Below, piece by piece: positions 21,411 through 31,832 of a stretch of 64,000 nt of DNA. Source of the stretch: Spirochaetia bacterium. GTDB taxonomy: Bacteria > Spirochaetota > Spirochaetia > SZUA-6 > Bin103. The stretch spans positions 1,696,001 to 1,760,000 of the forward strand of contig CBDAOI010000004.1 in assembly GCA_965198005.1 (NCBI GenBank). Reading direction: 5' to 3'. Position 1 is the stretch's first letter, and each line of letters starts with the position of its first letter. The translations under genes were made by a program, and so were the position numbers. The notes under the pieces are model-generated. The model was not told where the DNA came from, did not search any database, and saw only the letters and a program-made list of their open reading frames with translations.

Positions 21411-22126
21411 GTGTTCATATTCCCCTGGGGGGGGGGGGGGGGGGGGGGGGGGACTCCTCCCACCAGTTTATCCGGCAGCGAAGGGGCGACTCTGACGGCT
21501 GAAAGCCCGGAAGTAAACGCTCAGGGGAGGGCGTGAGCCCGACCGACCAACCTAGGAGGCTACCAGAAGGGCCGTAGCGAGAGCGAACGGACTAATCGCC
21601 GAAAACCTCCCCAGCGGGAAGTTGGTTGCTGGATGTCAGGAGGCCAAGGGTTTCCCCCTCCTACCCGATGGCCATGCTGCGGAAGAAACTGGGAAGTGCA
21701 CGCGGTAGGCTCCCGGCGGAAGTTGAAGGCGGCGTCTGGATAGTTCAGCAGTGAAAGCCCGGTTATGTGCTGCTCAGGCAGGATGTCCTCGAATGCCAAG
21801 GCCCTATAACCCTGGATGGCGGGAAGTGGAACGGAGAGCAGCAGGATGAGGCCACAAGCGACGATGGCCGCGACAACATAAGAGGGCCTGAGGAGCCAGA
21901 AATGCACCGCCCGGACACTGAGCGAGTCGAAGCGATGGTCAAACCGGGGACAGCGCCCACGTAGCCAGGGATCAGGCTGAGCGTGGTTGCATCGTACCGG
22001 GAAGGGCCGCCGTGAGCTTGCGGGCACCTGAGCTTCGAGCCGTACTGTGGGAAAACCCCGTACGGAATCTCAGGGGGGGCGCTGGAAACGTGGCCTACGG
22101 GCGCGCGCGCCAGCGCTCTACCCGAC
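21411..22126 (+). ncRNA. ORF-less group II intron-like RNA (5' end uncertain)
   Basis: Domain V/VI-like gagccgtactgtgggaaaaccccgtacggaatctcagggggg...ctctacccgac at about 22037-22126; no RT ORF inside. Confidence 0.6.
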
Positions 22127-22358
22127 GGGGGACTCCTCACCATTAAGCAAGCGCGCCGCGAGCTGATTTTCAGCAAATCTCGGCGAGCGGCTGTCAGGGG
22201 AACAGAGTGTCATAAGCGTTGACGTGTTATAGGTCACTCAAGCCCTCCGCAGGTGAGGCACAGCCATACCCAGATGTAGTCGCGATGTCGCGATTGACTG
22301 CATCCCACCCAATCATAACCTCCGCCCCCGAGGACGTCAACCACGAATCGGCCCAGCA
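22127..22358. repeat. About 225-bp non-coding repeat, copy 1 (copy 2 at 47222-47443)
   Basis: gggggactcctcaccattaagcaag...aaccacgaatcggcccagc present twice with few differences. Confidence 0.9.
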
Positions 22359-22546
22359 ATCCTCGGTGAACGGCAGTCGATGGCCTGAAGAGACAGTCTG
22401 GGGGGCCCACCATTTGCCAACCCCCGCCGCGAAAGGATTCCGGGGGGGGCAAGGGTAGGACGCGCCGGTTGCGTTGCCCCTAACCGGTGGCAGCGCTGAG
22501 TAGTGTTTTCAGCCATCTTTTGCATCCGTTCAAACCTGAGACTCTT

Positions 22547-22575
22547 AGTATACCACCTCTGCGGCAACCAATCAA
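22547..22575 (-). promoter_or_regulatory. Sigma70-type promoter facing the SBP1 cassette
   Basis: TTGATT-17 nt-TATACT; spacer homologous to the promoter at 39770-39798. Confidence 0.6.
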
Positions 22576-22787
22576 CAGAAAAAAACAGGCGAATTGAAGG
22601 TTTCTTGAGATTTCTTTCGGGCAGCCGCGGCAGCCGAGAGCCCCTCGCGGCGCCGACTCGGGCGCATCGCCCCTCCGGAGCCGTCATTCGCCGGCGATGT
22701 GGCCGTCCGCAGGCCGTTCACCGTCCACGTCGGCCTCACAGCGGCCCGCTGAGGGCCTTCCAGCCCCTCGGGGGTAGCCTGGGGTAC

Positions 22788-24702
22788 GAGCGCCAGGCTA
22801 ACTGGCATATGACAGAGGGTGAAAGTCCCTCGGAACGAAGGAGCAGCCAATCCACGTTTCTCCGCGAGCCGTGCGTTGGCACCTGCGAGGGTGCAGGCGA
22901 AGCGTCGGCAGCGGTGCGTGCGGGCAGAGTTATGGAGCGCCGCAAAATACGACATCTGGAGTGCCGAGACTCTGTACTCGGTCGAAGGCAACACCGGTCG
23001 AGCCAGTATGGTGAGGATCGACCGGGCTCCACGGCGTCGAAGAACTCAGGCACGTGCGTACGTCATATACCGGGACCTGGGAGGTCTTCGGGTCGTCCCG
23101 GCGAGTCGTCGCCGGGACCGCGGAGGGAAGGCGTGAGGCTGGACCAAAGATGAACGACCCGAAGGAGTCGGACATGGGCATAGTAGCGGCGAAGCCGGCG
23201 AACAAGGGAGCGCAAGCGACTGCGGAGACGGTGGAGCGAAGGCCCATGACCAACGGGAATTCGCAAGGTCAAAGCACGGGCCGGACGCAGAGTCGGGCAA
23301 CCGTGACACAGGCGGCCGAGCGGATACGGCAATTCGTAAAGAGAGAACCGCAGGAGAAACTCACTGCGCTGCTGCACCACGTGACGCCGGAAGCGCTGCG
23401 GGTGGCCTATTACGCGCTGAAGCGTGAAGCGGCCCCGGGGGTGGACGGGATGACGTGGCGGGAGTACGAGACGGGGTTGGAAGTGCGCTTGCACGACCTG
23501 CACCGGCGAGTACACACAGGAGCGTACCGAGCGACCCCGGTACGGCGGGTCAACATCGACAAGCCGGACGGAGGCACACGACCGCTGGGGGTGGCCGCGC
23601 TGGAGGACAAGATCGTCCAGAAGGCCGTGGTGGATGTGATCCTGACACCGATCTATGAGGAGGAATTTCTCGGGATCAGCTATGGGTTTCGACCGGGGCG
23701 CGGGGCACACGATGCGTTGGACGCACTGGCCTACGCCATCGAACGGCGCGAAGTGAACTGGATATTGGACGCGGACATTCGCGCCTACTTCGACACGATC
23801 TCGCGGGACTGGTTGATCAGATTCCTGGAGCATCGGATTGGAGATCGGCGGGTGCTGCGGCTGATAAAGAAGTGGCTGCGCGCTGGGGTACTGGAAGAAG
23901 GCCGACAGATCGACGCGGGGCGGGGTACAGCGCAAGGGTCGGTGATTTCACCGATGCTCGCGAATATATACTTGCACTACGTGTTGGACCTGTGGGTCAC
24001 CAAGAAGTGGCGGCCGCAGGAGGCGCGCGGAGACATGATCATAGTGCGCTACGCAGATGACTATGTCGCCGGGTTCGAGCATCGTGACGATGCGGAACGC
24101 TTCCTGCGGGAACTGAAGGAGCGATTCAGAGGCTTCGAGCTGGAACTGAACGCCGACAAGACCCGACTCCTCGAGTTTGGACGGTATGCCGAAAGGAACC
24201 GCCGAGCACGTGGGGAAGGGCGACCGGAGACGTTCGACTTTCTGGGTTTCACGCATTATTGCAGGAAGGACAGGAAAGGACGCTTCGGGCTGGGGCGGAA
24301 GCCAATTCGGAAGCGGATGAATCGTACGCTGAAGAGGATCAAGATCGAGCTCCGCAGACGAATGCATGATGACGTGATGGAAACCGGGCGCTGGCTGGGA
24401 CGGGTACTGCGCGGATGGCTCAACTACTACGCGGTACCCACCAGCTACCGCTATCTGCACCGATTCGTGTGGCGTCTGCGAGGAATCTGGGTAAAGATTC
24501 TACGCCGGAGGTCCCAGAAGGACCGATTCTCCTGGGCTTGGATGCTGGCGATCAGCATCAAGCTGTGGCCCCAACCCCGAATCGTACACTCATGGCCGGA
24601 CCGGCGATTTGCCGTCAACCACCGAAGGTAGGAGCCGGATGGTTTAACGACCACGTCCGGATCTGTGCGGGGGGCGCCGGGTAACCGGCGTTCCTACCGC
24701 GC
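22788..24702 (+). mobile_element. Group II intron with RT/maturase ORF
   Basis: 5' gagcg...gagggtgaaagtccctc; 3' DV/DVI gagccggatggtttaacgaccacgtccggatctgtgcgggggg...cctaccgc right after the ORF stop. Confidence 0.85.
23150..24631 (+). CDS. ltrA: Group II intron reverse transcriptase/maturase without C-terminal endonuclease
   Basis: APGVDG, RPLG, YGFRPGR, QGSVISPMLANIYLH, RYADD, FDFLGF, LRGWLNYY. Confidence 0.93.
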   Translation: MNDPKESDMGIVAAKPANKGAQATAETVERRPMTNGNSQGQSTGRTQSRATVTQAAERIRQFVKREPQEKLTALLHHVTPEALRVAYYALKREAAPGVDGMTWREYETGLEVRLHDLHRRVHTGAYRATPVRRVNIDKPDGGTRPLGVAALEDKIVQKAVVDVILTPIYEEEFLGISYGFRPGRGAHDALDALAYAIERREVNWILDADIRAYFDTISRDWLIRFLEHRIGDRRVLRLIKKWLRAGVLEEGRQIDAGRGTAQGSVISPMLANIYLHYVLDLWVTKKWRPQEARGDMIIVRYADDYVAGFEHRDDAERFLRELKERFRGFELELNADKTRLLEFGRYAERNRRARGEGRPETFDFLGFTHYCRKDRKGRFGLGRKPIRKRMNRTLKRIKIELRRRMHDDVMETGRWLGRVLRGWLNYYAVPTSYRYLHRFVWRLRGIWVKILRRRSQKDRFSWAWMLAISIKLWPQPRIVHSWPDRRFAVNHRR

Positions 24703-24871
24703 CCCCCTGCAACACCCGTCGAAGCCGTTTCCCACCACCGCTGACACCGCTGACACGCCGCGCGGTCCGCCACCCGGCTCCCGTGTGCCACCTCGAACAT
24801 CAATCCGAGACCGGCACTGATCAGCGCTTGCAGGTCAGGAACGACGTGAGGTGCGGGCTGCAGAGCCCCCC

Positions 24872-25145
24872 TCAGTCGCGCCCATACCCGCGCGGCGGCT
24901 CGACGCTCTCCAGTTCGGCAAGATCAAGCCCGCACATCGCCTCCAGCCGCTGTGCGAGCCGCGGACTCCTGGAGACTGTCGGGCAAGTGGTCGAGCCACG
25001 CTTGATACTCACCCTGGAGGTCGAGCAGGGTGCCTACCGCATCCTGCCAGCGCTGCGGTCGGGACCTGCGGTCTTGCGGCCTGCGGTACTGCACCCGGGG
25101 CTGCGCTGCCTTGCGGCGCTCTCGATAGCGCCGTTGTCGTTCCGT
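24872..25145 (-). pseudogene. C-terminal remnant of a small transposon-associated hypothetical protein fused to the IS110 fragment
   Basis: RRSRPQRWQDAVGTLLDLQGEYQAWLDHLP...PPRGYGRD across a frameshift. Confidence 0.4.
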
Positions 25146-26075
25146 GCGGTCACGCAGCATCGCGCACGCCACCGCGAGCAACCGGTCCGCGACCGTACGC
25201 AGCGCCCGGCCATGGCGCTGCCCGCGCGCGCGCAGCGCCGCATACCGCTCCCGACTCACCGGATCGTGCTGGATCGCCACCCGCGCCCAGTGATACATCG
25301 CGTTGCTCAGCCGCTGGTTGCAGGCACGGCGCATGCTCACCTGGCAACTCTTCCCCGACCGCTTGGTCACCGGCGCGACTCCGGTCAGAATCCGCAACCT
25401 GTGGTAGTCTCGCTCAGCCAGCAACTGTGAGGCCTCCGCGAACAGCGTGGCGAGCACGATCCGACCAACACCGGGCATCGAACGCAGGATGACGGCGTCA
25501 CGCTGCTCTTCTGGTTCACCCGAGTCGTCGGCGGCCACAATCTCGGCCAGCAGTTCGTCGAGCCGGCTGCCGCAGGATGCGCAGCACACTGGCAGCATCA
25601 TGGCGCCGGATGCGGTTGCGCTTCAGGATGGCCGCGACCGACGCCTTCCGGACCCGCGCTGCCTCCGCCGGCGTCGAAGCCTTCTCCCACAACTCCGGAA
25701 CCCAGCCCGCGCCGAGGTCACCGCCCAGCTCGATCATCTGCGGGTAGTAGCGGCGCAGTTGCTCGCGCATGCGATTGATCAGCCCGTTGCGTTCCTCCTG
25801 CAACTCGGCAGTCAGGCGCGACCATTCCCGCAACTCGATCACCGGCGGTGCCTGCACCTGCAACTGACGAAAGCTGCGTCGGTCGGTGCGCAGCGAGTCT
25901 GCCAACACCCGCGCGTCGCGCCGGTCATCCTTGGCGCCGGCCACCGTAAACCGGTCACGAAATCGATCCAGCTGCTTGGGATTGATCGCGTACACCTGCA
26001 CCTCGCGCTCCAGCAGCATCTCGACCACCGCGCCATGCGGCACCTCGATCCCCGCGTGCACGCGCTCCGGGTGCC
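25145..26075 (-). mobile_element. IS110-family transposase remnant (truncated, frameshifted)
   Basis: INPKQLDRFR, KDDRRDARVLA, SMPGVG, GVAPVTKRSG, RRACNQRL. Confidence 0.85.
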
Positions 26076-26440
26076 CGCCCCCCGAGATTGTTCTGTAGCT
26101 CGGCTGCCACGATGTCGTTCCGCCCCTGTACTGGTGCTCTGATGCTCTGGTGCTCCTGGCACCTTGGCACCCTGGCACAAGCTCCTCACTGGGTATCCAT
26201 CGCGGCACTCCTGCCGGGGCACACGTCCCCCCCGGGCGCTCTCCGGCGCGGGGGGCTCAAGGTTGCTCCCGGCAGGTTGCCTCGCCCGCCTGGGATTCTA
26301 GCAGTCCCGGACGAACTTTCTACTCTCTAAAGGGTACAGGGGGGTAGATGAGGATAGGACGGCTGCGTTGCCGCTGGGCACCGGCGGCGCCGCTGCGGCC
26401 GGCGTCGCGAAGTTCCCGGAAACAGGCTACTCTGAGCGGC

Positions 26441-27328
26441 ATGCACTACCGCCCACTTGGTAACACCGGCCTGTCGGTCAGCGCCGTCGGTCTCGGCGGC
26501 GTACCGCTGTCCATACCCGAGGCGCGCCCCGACCAGGCAACTGCGATCAAGGTCGTCCACCATGCCGTCGACCAGGGTGTGACCTTTATCGACACGGCCG
26601 ACAGCTACGGTCGCGGCGAATCGGACATGGGCCACAACGAGCGCCTGTTTCGCGCCGCCCTGGCGGAGCTGCCTGCAGACGTGCGCACGCAGGTGGTGGT
26701 TGCCACCAAGGCCGGCTTCACGCGCCCCGGCGGCGCCTGGGTTCCCAACGGCCGCCCGGAGTACCTGCGGCGGCAGTGCGAGGCCTCCCTGCGCAACCTC
26801 GACGTCGAGCGGCTCGACCTGCTGCAGCACCACCGGCCCGATCCCGATGTGCCAATCGCCGAGAGCATCGGCGCATTTGCCCGCCTGCGCGAAGAAGGCA
26901 AGGTGCGCTTTATCGGCGTCAGCGAGTACTCGGTCGCGCAACTCGACGAGGCCCAGTCCGTGACCGCGATCGCCAGCACCCAGAATCAGTACTCGCTGGC
27001 GCATCGGCAACCCGAGCAGGACGGCACCCTGGCCGCCGCCGGGGAGCGGGGACTGGCATTCATCCCCTGGAGCCCCCTGGGCGGCATTGCGGCCCCGCCG
27101 CATGGGGCGCGTGATCTTGCTCGACGGCACCCCGCGGTTGCGCGCCTGGCCGAGCACCATGGCGTGAGCCCGCAGCGGCTGGTGGTCGCCTGGCTGCTCA
27201 GTAAGGGGCCGCACGTCCTGGTAATCGTCGGCGCCAGCCGGGCCGCCACCATCGAGGACTCGGCACGCGCTGCCGACCTTGAGCTGGATGCCAGCGACCT
27301 CGCCCAGATCGACGCGGCCACCGCCTGA
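26441..27328 (+). CDS. Aldo/keto reductase
   Basis: LGNTGLSVS, IDTADSYG, ATK, HRPDP, PWSPLGG. Confidence 0.9.
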   Translation: MHYRPLGNTGLSVSAVGLGGVPLSIPEARPDQATAIKVVHHAVDQGVTFIDTADSYGRGESDMGHNERLFRAALAELPADVRTQVVVATKAGFTRPGGAWVPNGRPEYLRRQCEASLRNLDVERLDLLQHHRPDPDVPIAESIGAFARLREEGKVRFIGVSEYSVAQLDEAQSVTAIASTQNQYSLAHRQPEQDGTLAAAGERGLAFIPWSPLGGIAAPPHGARDLARRHPAVARLAEHHGVSPQRLVVAWLLSKGPHVLVIVGASRAATIEDSARAADLELDASDLAQIDAATA

Positions 27329-27485
27329 CCGAGGTCGCGCCACCACTCGCGGCTGTGAGATTCGGAACGCTCGAGGTTACCGAGCTTCCCGACGATGCCC
27401 CGGTGCTGGTCGGCCAGATGGTCATGGACGCACTCCATTGCTCGCGCGCCGGGCAAACGATAGAGTCAGTGCCCAGGCTACGGTA

Positions 27486-29243
27486 GTGAGCACGCCCCCC
27501 GCCCACCCGCGCATTCCCTACGGCGAGGCCGACTTCAGGCGCATCCGCTGGAACCGCTGGCTGTACGTCGACAAGACCCGCTTCCTGCGGCGGCTGGAGG
27601 ACGAGCGCTACGCCTTTCTGATCCGCCCGCGCCGCTTCGGCAAGTCGCTGTGGGTCTCCCTGCTTGAGAACTACTACGACCGCTTCTGGGCCGACGGCTT
27701 CGAGGCCACCTTCGCCGGCACCGACATCGGGCAGGACCCGACCGGGGAACAGCGCCGCTACGTCACCCTGCGCTTCGACTTTTCAACCGTCAACGACAAG
27801 CTCGAAACGCTGGAGCGGGAGTTCGAGACCTACTGTTTCATAGAGCTGCGGGGGACGCTGCGGCGGCACCCCGACGTGTTTCCCGACGCCGCGGTGCGGG
27901 ACATCCTCGCGCCGCCCTCCATCGCCACCAAGCTTTCCGAGCTGTTTCGTTACGCCGGCGACCATGACATCCCCCTGTACGTGCTGATCGACGAGTACGA
28001 CAACTTCGCCAACACCGTGCTGGCGTACCACGGCGCGGAGGCGTACCACTCCTTCACCCACGGTGGCGGCTTCTACCGCAACTTCTTTGCCACCCTGAAG
28101 TCCGGGGCGGGGCGCACCGGCGGCGGTCTGGAGCGCCTGTTCATCACCGGCGTGTCGCCGATCACGATGGACGACGTGACCAGCGGCTTCAACATCGGCA
28201 AGAACATCAGCCTGCACCCGGACTTCAACGAGATGGTCGGCTTCACCGAATCGGAGGTGCGGCGCTTGGTCGAGACCTACCGGGACCTGGGCGTGTTCAA
28301 TCAGGACGTCGAGACCGCCATGGGCATCATGGGCCAGTGGTACAACGGCTATCGGTTCGCCAAGGCGGCCGAGACCGATCTGTACAACACCGACATGGTG
28401 CTCTACTACCTGGACAACTCGATTCCCAACCGAGACGTACCGGAATACCTGATCGACACCAACGTGCGCATCGACTACGGCAAGCTGCGCCACCTGCTAG
28501 TGACCGGGCGGCAGCTCAACGGCAACTTCGACCTGCTGCGCGACATCATCGGCGAGGAGCAGGTGGACACCCGCATCCAGCCCGGCTTTCCGCTGAAGGA
28601 CCTCACCAAGCCGGAGAACTTTCTCTCCCTGCTGCACTACTTCGGGCTGTTGAGCATCCGCGACGTGGTGGAGCGGGTGCCGCGGCTGGCGATCCCGAAC
28701 CAGACCGTGAAGCGGTTGATGTACGGCTTCCTGCGCGATGGCTACCGCGACGTGGGGGTGTTTTCAGTCAATCTGTTCCGGTTCGAGCAGTTGATGATGG
28801 GGATGGCCAACCGGGGGGAATGGCAGCCGGCGTTCGAGTTTCTGAGCGAGGCGATCGCGCAGCAGACGGGGATTCGCGACTACATCAGCGGGGAGAAGGT
28901 AATCCAGGGATTCCTGGCCGCCTATCTGAGCGTGAGCGACTACTACGTGTTCCGCTCGGAGGCGGAGTTGGGCAAGGGACACGCGGACATCTGCCTGGAA
29001 CCGCTGGTGGCCCGCTATCCGCACCTGCAGCGCGGTTATCTGATCGAGCTGAAATACCTGAAGCGCAGCGAGTCGGTGGACGAGGCCGGGGTGGCGGCGG
29101 CGGCCGCAGAGGCGACGGCGCAGCTCGAGCGGTACCTGGCGGACGAGCGGCTGGCGCGGCAGTTTCCCGCGGTGCGCTTCATCGGCCTGATCGTGGTGTT
29201 CCACGGCTGGGAGATGGTGTTCTGCGATGCCGTGCGGCAGTGA
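27486..29243 (+). CDS. AAA-ATPase-like protein with C-terminal PD-(D/E)xK nuclease domain
   Basis: YVDKT, RPRRFGKS, LIDEYD, WYNGYRF, GHADI...LIELKY. Confidence 0.88.
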   Translation: MSTPPAHPRIPYGEADFRRIRWNRWLYVDKTRFLRRLEDERYAFLIRPRRFGKSLWVSLLENYYDRFWADGFEATFAGTDIGQDPTGEQRRYVTLRFDFSTVNDKLETLEREFETYCFIELRGTLRRHPDVFPDAAVRDILAPPSIATKLSELFRYAGDHDIPLYVLIDEYDNFANTVLAYHGAEAYHSFTHGGGFYRNFFATLKSGAGRTGGGLERLFITGVSPITMDDVTSGFNIGKNISLHPDFNEMVGFTESEVRRLVETYRDLGVFNQDVETAMGIMGQWYNGYRFAKAAETDLYNTDMVLYYLDNSIPNRDVPEYLIDTNVRIDYGKLRHLLVTGRQLNGNFDLLRDIIGEEQVDTRIQPGFPLKDLTKPENFLSLLHYFGLLSIRDVVERVPRLAIPNQTVKRLMYGFLRDGYRDVGVFSVNLFRFEQLMMGMANRGEWQPAFEFLSEAIAQQTGIRDYISGEKVIQGFLAAYLSVSDYYVFRSEAELGKGHADICLEPLVARYPHLQRGYLIELKYLKRSESVDEAGVAAAAAEATAQLERYLADERLARQFPAVRFIGLIVVFHGWEMVFCDAVRQ

Positions 29244-29294
29244 CCGCGCGCCCTGAGTTGCACGGGCACAGAGGACGAGATCCGGACGACGGCT

Positions 29295-29462
29295 TCAGGC
29301 GCCGCCGGCACCCAGACGACCGCCGCCGCCCCGGAGCCGCGGGTCGAGCAGATCGCGCACCGCGTCGCCGAACATGTTCAGGCTGTAGACCACGATGGTC
29401 AGGCACAGGCCGGGCCAGAGCGCCAGCCACGGTCCCTGCTGCATGTACTGGCGGCCTTCGCG
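29295..29462 (-). pseudogene. DppC permease 3' stub
   Basis: EGRQYMQQGPWLALWPGLCLTIVVYSLNMFGDAVRDLLDPRLRGGGGRLGAGA. Confidence 0.8.
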
Positions 29463-29851
29463 GAGTCCGGGGTAGGTGCGCCCAATACCGCCGCCGCCTC
29501 GTATATTCCTCGACTGGCGATGAGGCGCGCCACCGCCCGCGGCTGCGATCCGGCCAGTGAGACCAGGAAGCGATAGATATCGGGATAGGATCGATCCCAG
29601 CAGAACTCCGCGTACCAGCGCCGCACGGTCGCAGGTTCCGTCAATCCCGGGAATGGTTTGAGGAGCTCGGCCGGGTCTATTCCAAGGCCGGCACTCAAGT
29701 TCATGAGAGTGGCAACGTGCACGTTCCGGAAGTCATCATCGGCGGCAAACCAGAGAGAGACCGCCTGCCGGCTCACCCCCGCGGCCTTGGCCACATCCGA
29801 CTGTCGATATCCCTTCTTTGCCATCGCGGCCTTGAGTACGCTGAGATACAC
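29463..29851 (-). pseudogene. XRE-family HTH protein, 3' end replaced by the dppC stub
   Basis: RQSDVAKAAGVSRQAVSLW HTH. Confidence 0.65.
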
Positions 29852-29857
29852 AACGCC

Positions 29858-29886
29858 GATATAGCACCATTTGCGCGCTACGTCAA
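29858..29886 (-). promoter_or_regulatory. Sigma70-type promoter for a probably leaderless XRE transcript
   Basis: TTGACG-17 nt-TATATC ending 6 nt before the GTG at 29851. Confidence 0.55.
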
Positions 29887-30031
29887 GTACACTTGTCACT
29901 CAGTCGCTCATGGTGCGTGCTCCTCTCCCGCACCACCCCGTAGCCACCGACGGGTAGAGCATGGGCTGCGGGCCGATTCGTTGGAGAGAAAAGGTTTTCC
30001 TGAAGAAACTTTGAGGATATACTTTTGGTGT

Positions 30032-30262
30032 ATGAAGACGATTACAGTCAAGGAACTGAAGGCCCATTGGGCCACCGTCGAGTCGGAGATCCGCTTGGGG
30101 GAGACGTTCGAGGTGCTCAACCGGGGCCGGGTTGCCGCCCACATCGTACCGCCGCGGCCGCGTCCCGTGGTCGCGTGGCCGGATCATCTGAGCACCGCTC
30201 TTCAGAACGACGACACCAAGGGGGCGGACATCGTCGCGTCGCACCGACACGAACGACGTTGA
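30032..30262 (+). CDS. Phd/YefM-type antitoxin
   Basis: MKTITVKELKAH...GETFEVLNRGRVAAHIVP; downstream toxin cut after about 3 codons. Confidence 0.75.
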   Translation: MKTITVKELKAHWATVESEIRLGETFEVLNRGRVAAHIVPPRPRPVVAWPDHLSTALQNDDTKGADIVASHRHERR

Positions 30263-30271
30263 TCTATCACA

Positions 30272-30388
30272 CCGATCGAGCGGAACGATTATCGTACGGC
30301 CGTCGACAAGATCGATTGTAAGTGACTCTTGGTCCACCCGGAGACCAGTCGCGCGAGCCTCGCGGACGTCAGCGACCGAAGAACTCAT
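30272..30388 (-). pseudogene. DUF2442-type antitoxin N-terminal fragment
   Basis: LTIDLVDGRTIIVPL. Confidence 0.6.
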
Positions 30389-30506
30389 ACCACCGCTCCA
30401 ATCGCCGCAACCTGGTTCAACTCCGTAGAAAAGCAACTCTGATTTGCCTGCTGGCGAATAGGCCAAAGTCCCTGGTTGCGCCGCTTATGCAACGGTTCGA
30501 GATTCC

Positions 30507-30850
30507 TCAACAGCGTCCACCGTCATCTTTTCCCCTGATGGCTTTCTTAACCGACCTCGCGCCACACGCCCCCACATGCCCCACACCACCCCTGAGCCTT
30601 GGGTCAAGCAGGTCTCTCACCGCGTCGCCGAACATGTTTAGACTGTAAACGATAATAGTAAGGGCAAGTCCAGGCCAGAAAGCCAACCATGGCGCCCTCT
30701 CCATGTACCGTCGCCCTTCCCTGCTCAGCAAAGCACCCCACTCGGCAATCTGAATTGGGAGACCGTATCCGAGGAAACTAAGAGAAGCAATACTCCGTAC
30801 TACGCCTCCGATGTTGATGCTGAATATGATGATTACGACAGGCATAATAT
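30507..30850 (-). pseudogene. DppC permease 3' fragment
   Basis: IMPVVIIIFSINIGG...YSLNMFGDAVRDLLDPRLRG. Confidence 0.85.
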
Positions 30851-30852
30851 AT

Positions 30853-31095
30853 GGTCACGACGCCACGGCGCAATCGTGTGGCGGTCATGTTGGGGGCGTC
30901 GTTACTTACGATGATGGCCGGTCTGCGATGCGCCGCCTCGGATCCAGTGGGAACGCTGAAGTCGACCATCCGGATATCTCCGCGACGCATGGCGGCAGCG
31001 CGGCTCAGGTCGCCAGGCCATCGTGGGTCGCCCGCTCCCACGCGGTGTTGTCGGCGGCGGCCTCCTACTCTGCCCACGCGTCGGCGTAGTCAACG
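30853..31095 (-). pseudogene. MazF/PemK toxin N-terminal half plus decayed antitoxin 3' end
   Basis: MRRGDIRMVDF...GSEAAHRRPAIIVSND starting at 30990; upstream YADAWAE*...DGL. Confidence 0.7.
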
Positions 31096-31225
31096 GCCAA
31101 TATGCCACCAGCATTGCTACTTCAGAATCCAGGGGCGAGATGCCATGGTGGTCGGCGAGGTTCTCGAGGTTCTCCACTGCGTTTGACAGCGCTTGGTGGC
31201 GCCACTACGGTGGCGGGCGCACGGC

Positions 31226-31695
31226 ATGGCGCGCGAGTTGTATCAGCCGCACGACAACCTGTTCCGCAAAGTGTTCTCCAATGCGCCCGAAGCGGCCGGC
31301 TTGCTACGCCCGAATCTGCCGGAGTGGCTGAGCACCAGGCTGGACTGGTCGACAAGCAGAACGTGAGGGAGTTCGGCGAGGCGTTGGGGCGGCACGTACC
31401 AGGACCGGGAGGAGACATGAAGACGTACGCAGAGGAGTTGCTGCAGGAGGGGCTCCAGGAGGGGCTCCAAAAGGGCCGCCAGGAGGGCCGCCAGGAGGGC
31501 CGCCAGGAGGGGCTCCAGGAGGGCCGCCAGGAAGGGCTTCAGACGGGGCGCGAGGAAGGCCAGCTTGGCACGATCGAGAACTTCTTGCGGGCCGGAATCG
31601 AGTGGTCGGTCATCGAGGAGGCTACCGGTATCGACCAGGAAGCCTTCCAGGCACTCCGCCGGCGTCTCGAAGAGTCGGATCGGACGACCGAGTAA
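31226..31695 (+). pseudogene. Rpn-family gene with 610-bp internal deletion; C-terminal ORF 31417-31695 intact
   Basis: Near-identical to 62013-62140 joined to 62751-63056. Confidence 0.88.
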
Positions 31696-31832
31696 CCTCC
31701 TGTTCGAGACTTGGCACACGGTCCGGCCGCCGTTCGCCGGATAGCCGCGTTCCTGCAGCCAGTCTGCACGCGGGTCCGGAACGGAGTCGCCGGCACGTGA
31801 TCGCCAACTACCGTACAAACGTGGTGCCTGTC

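Noticed and set aside
21427-21452. G26 tract as a phase-variation switch
   Set aside because: Long poly-G is a common sequencing or assembly artefact; no coding frame or promoter spacer depends on it as far as I can see.
22205-22232. dif/Xer-like site (gagtgtcataa-gcgttg-acgtgttatag)
   Set aside because: The right arm lacks the conserved inner TTAT of XerD sites, and no tyrosine recombinase is in the window.
23150-24631. RT as a retron, DGR or CRISPR-associated RT
   Set aside because: YADD, maturase domain and DV/DVI directly after the stop indicate a group II intron; no TR/VR pair or cas genes seen.
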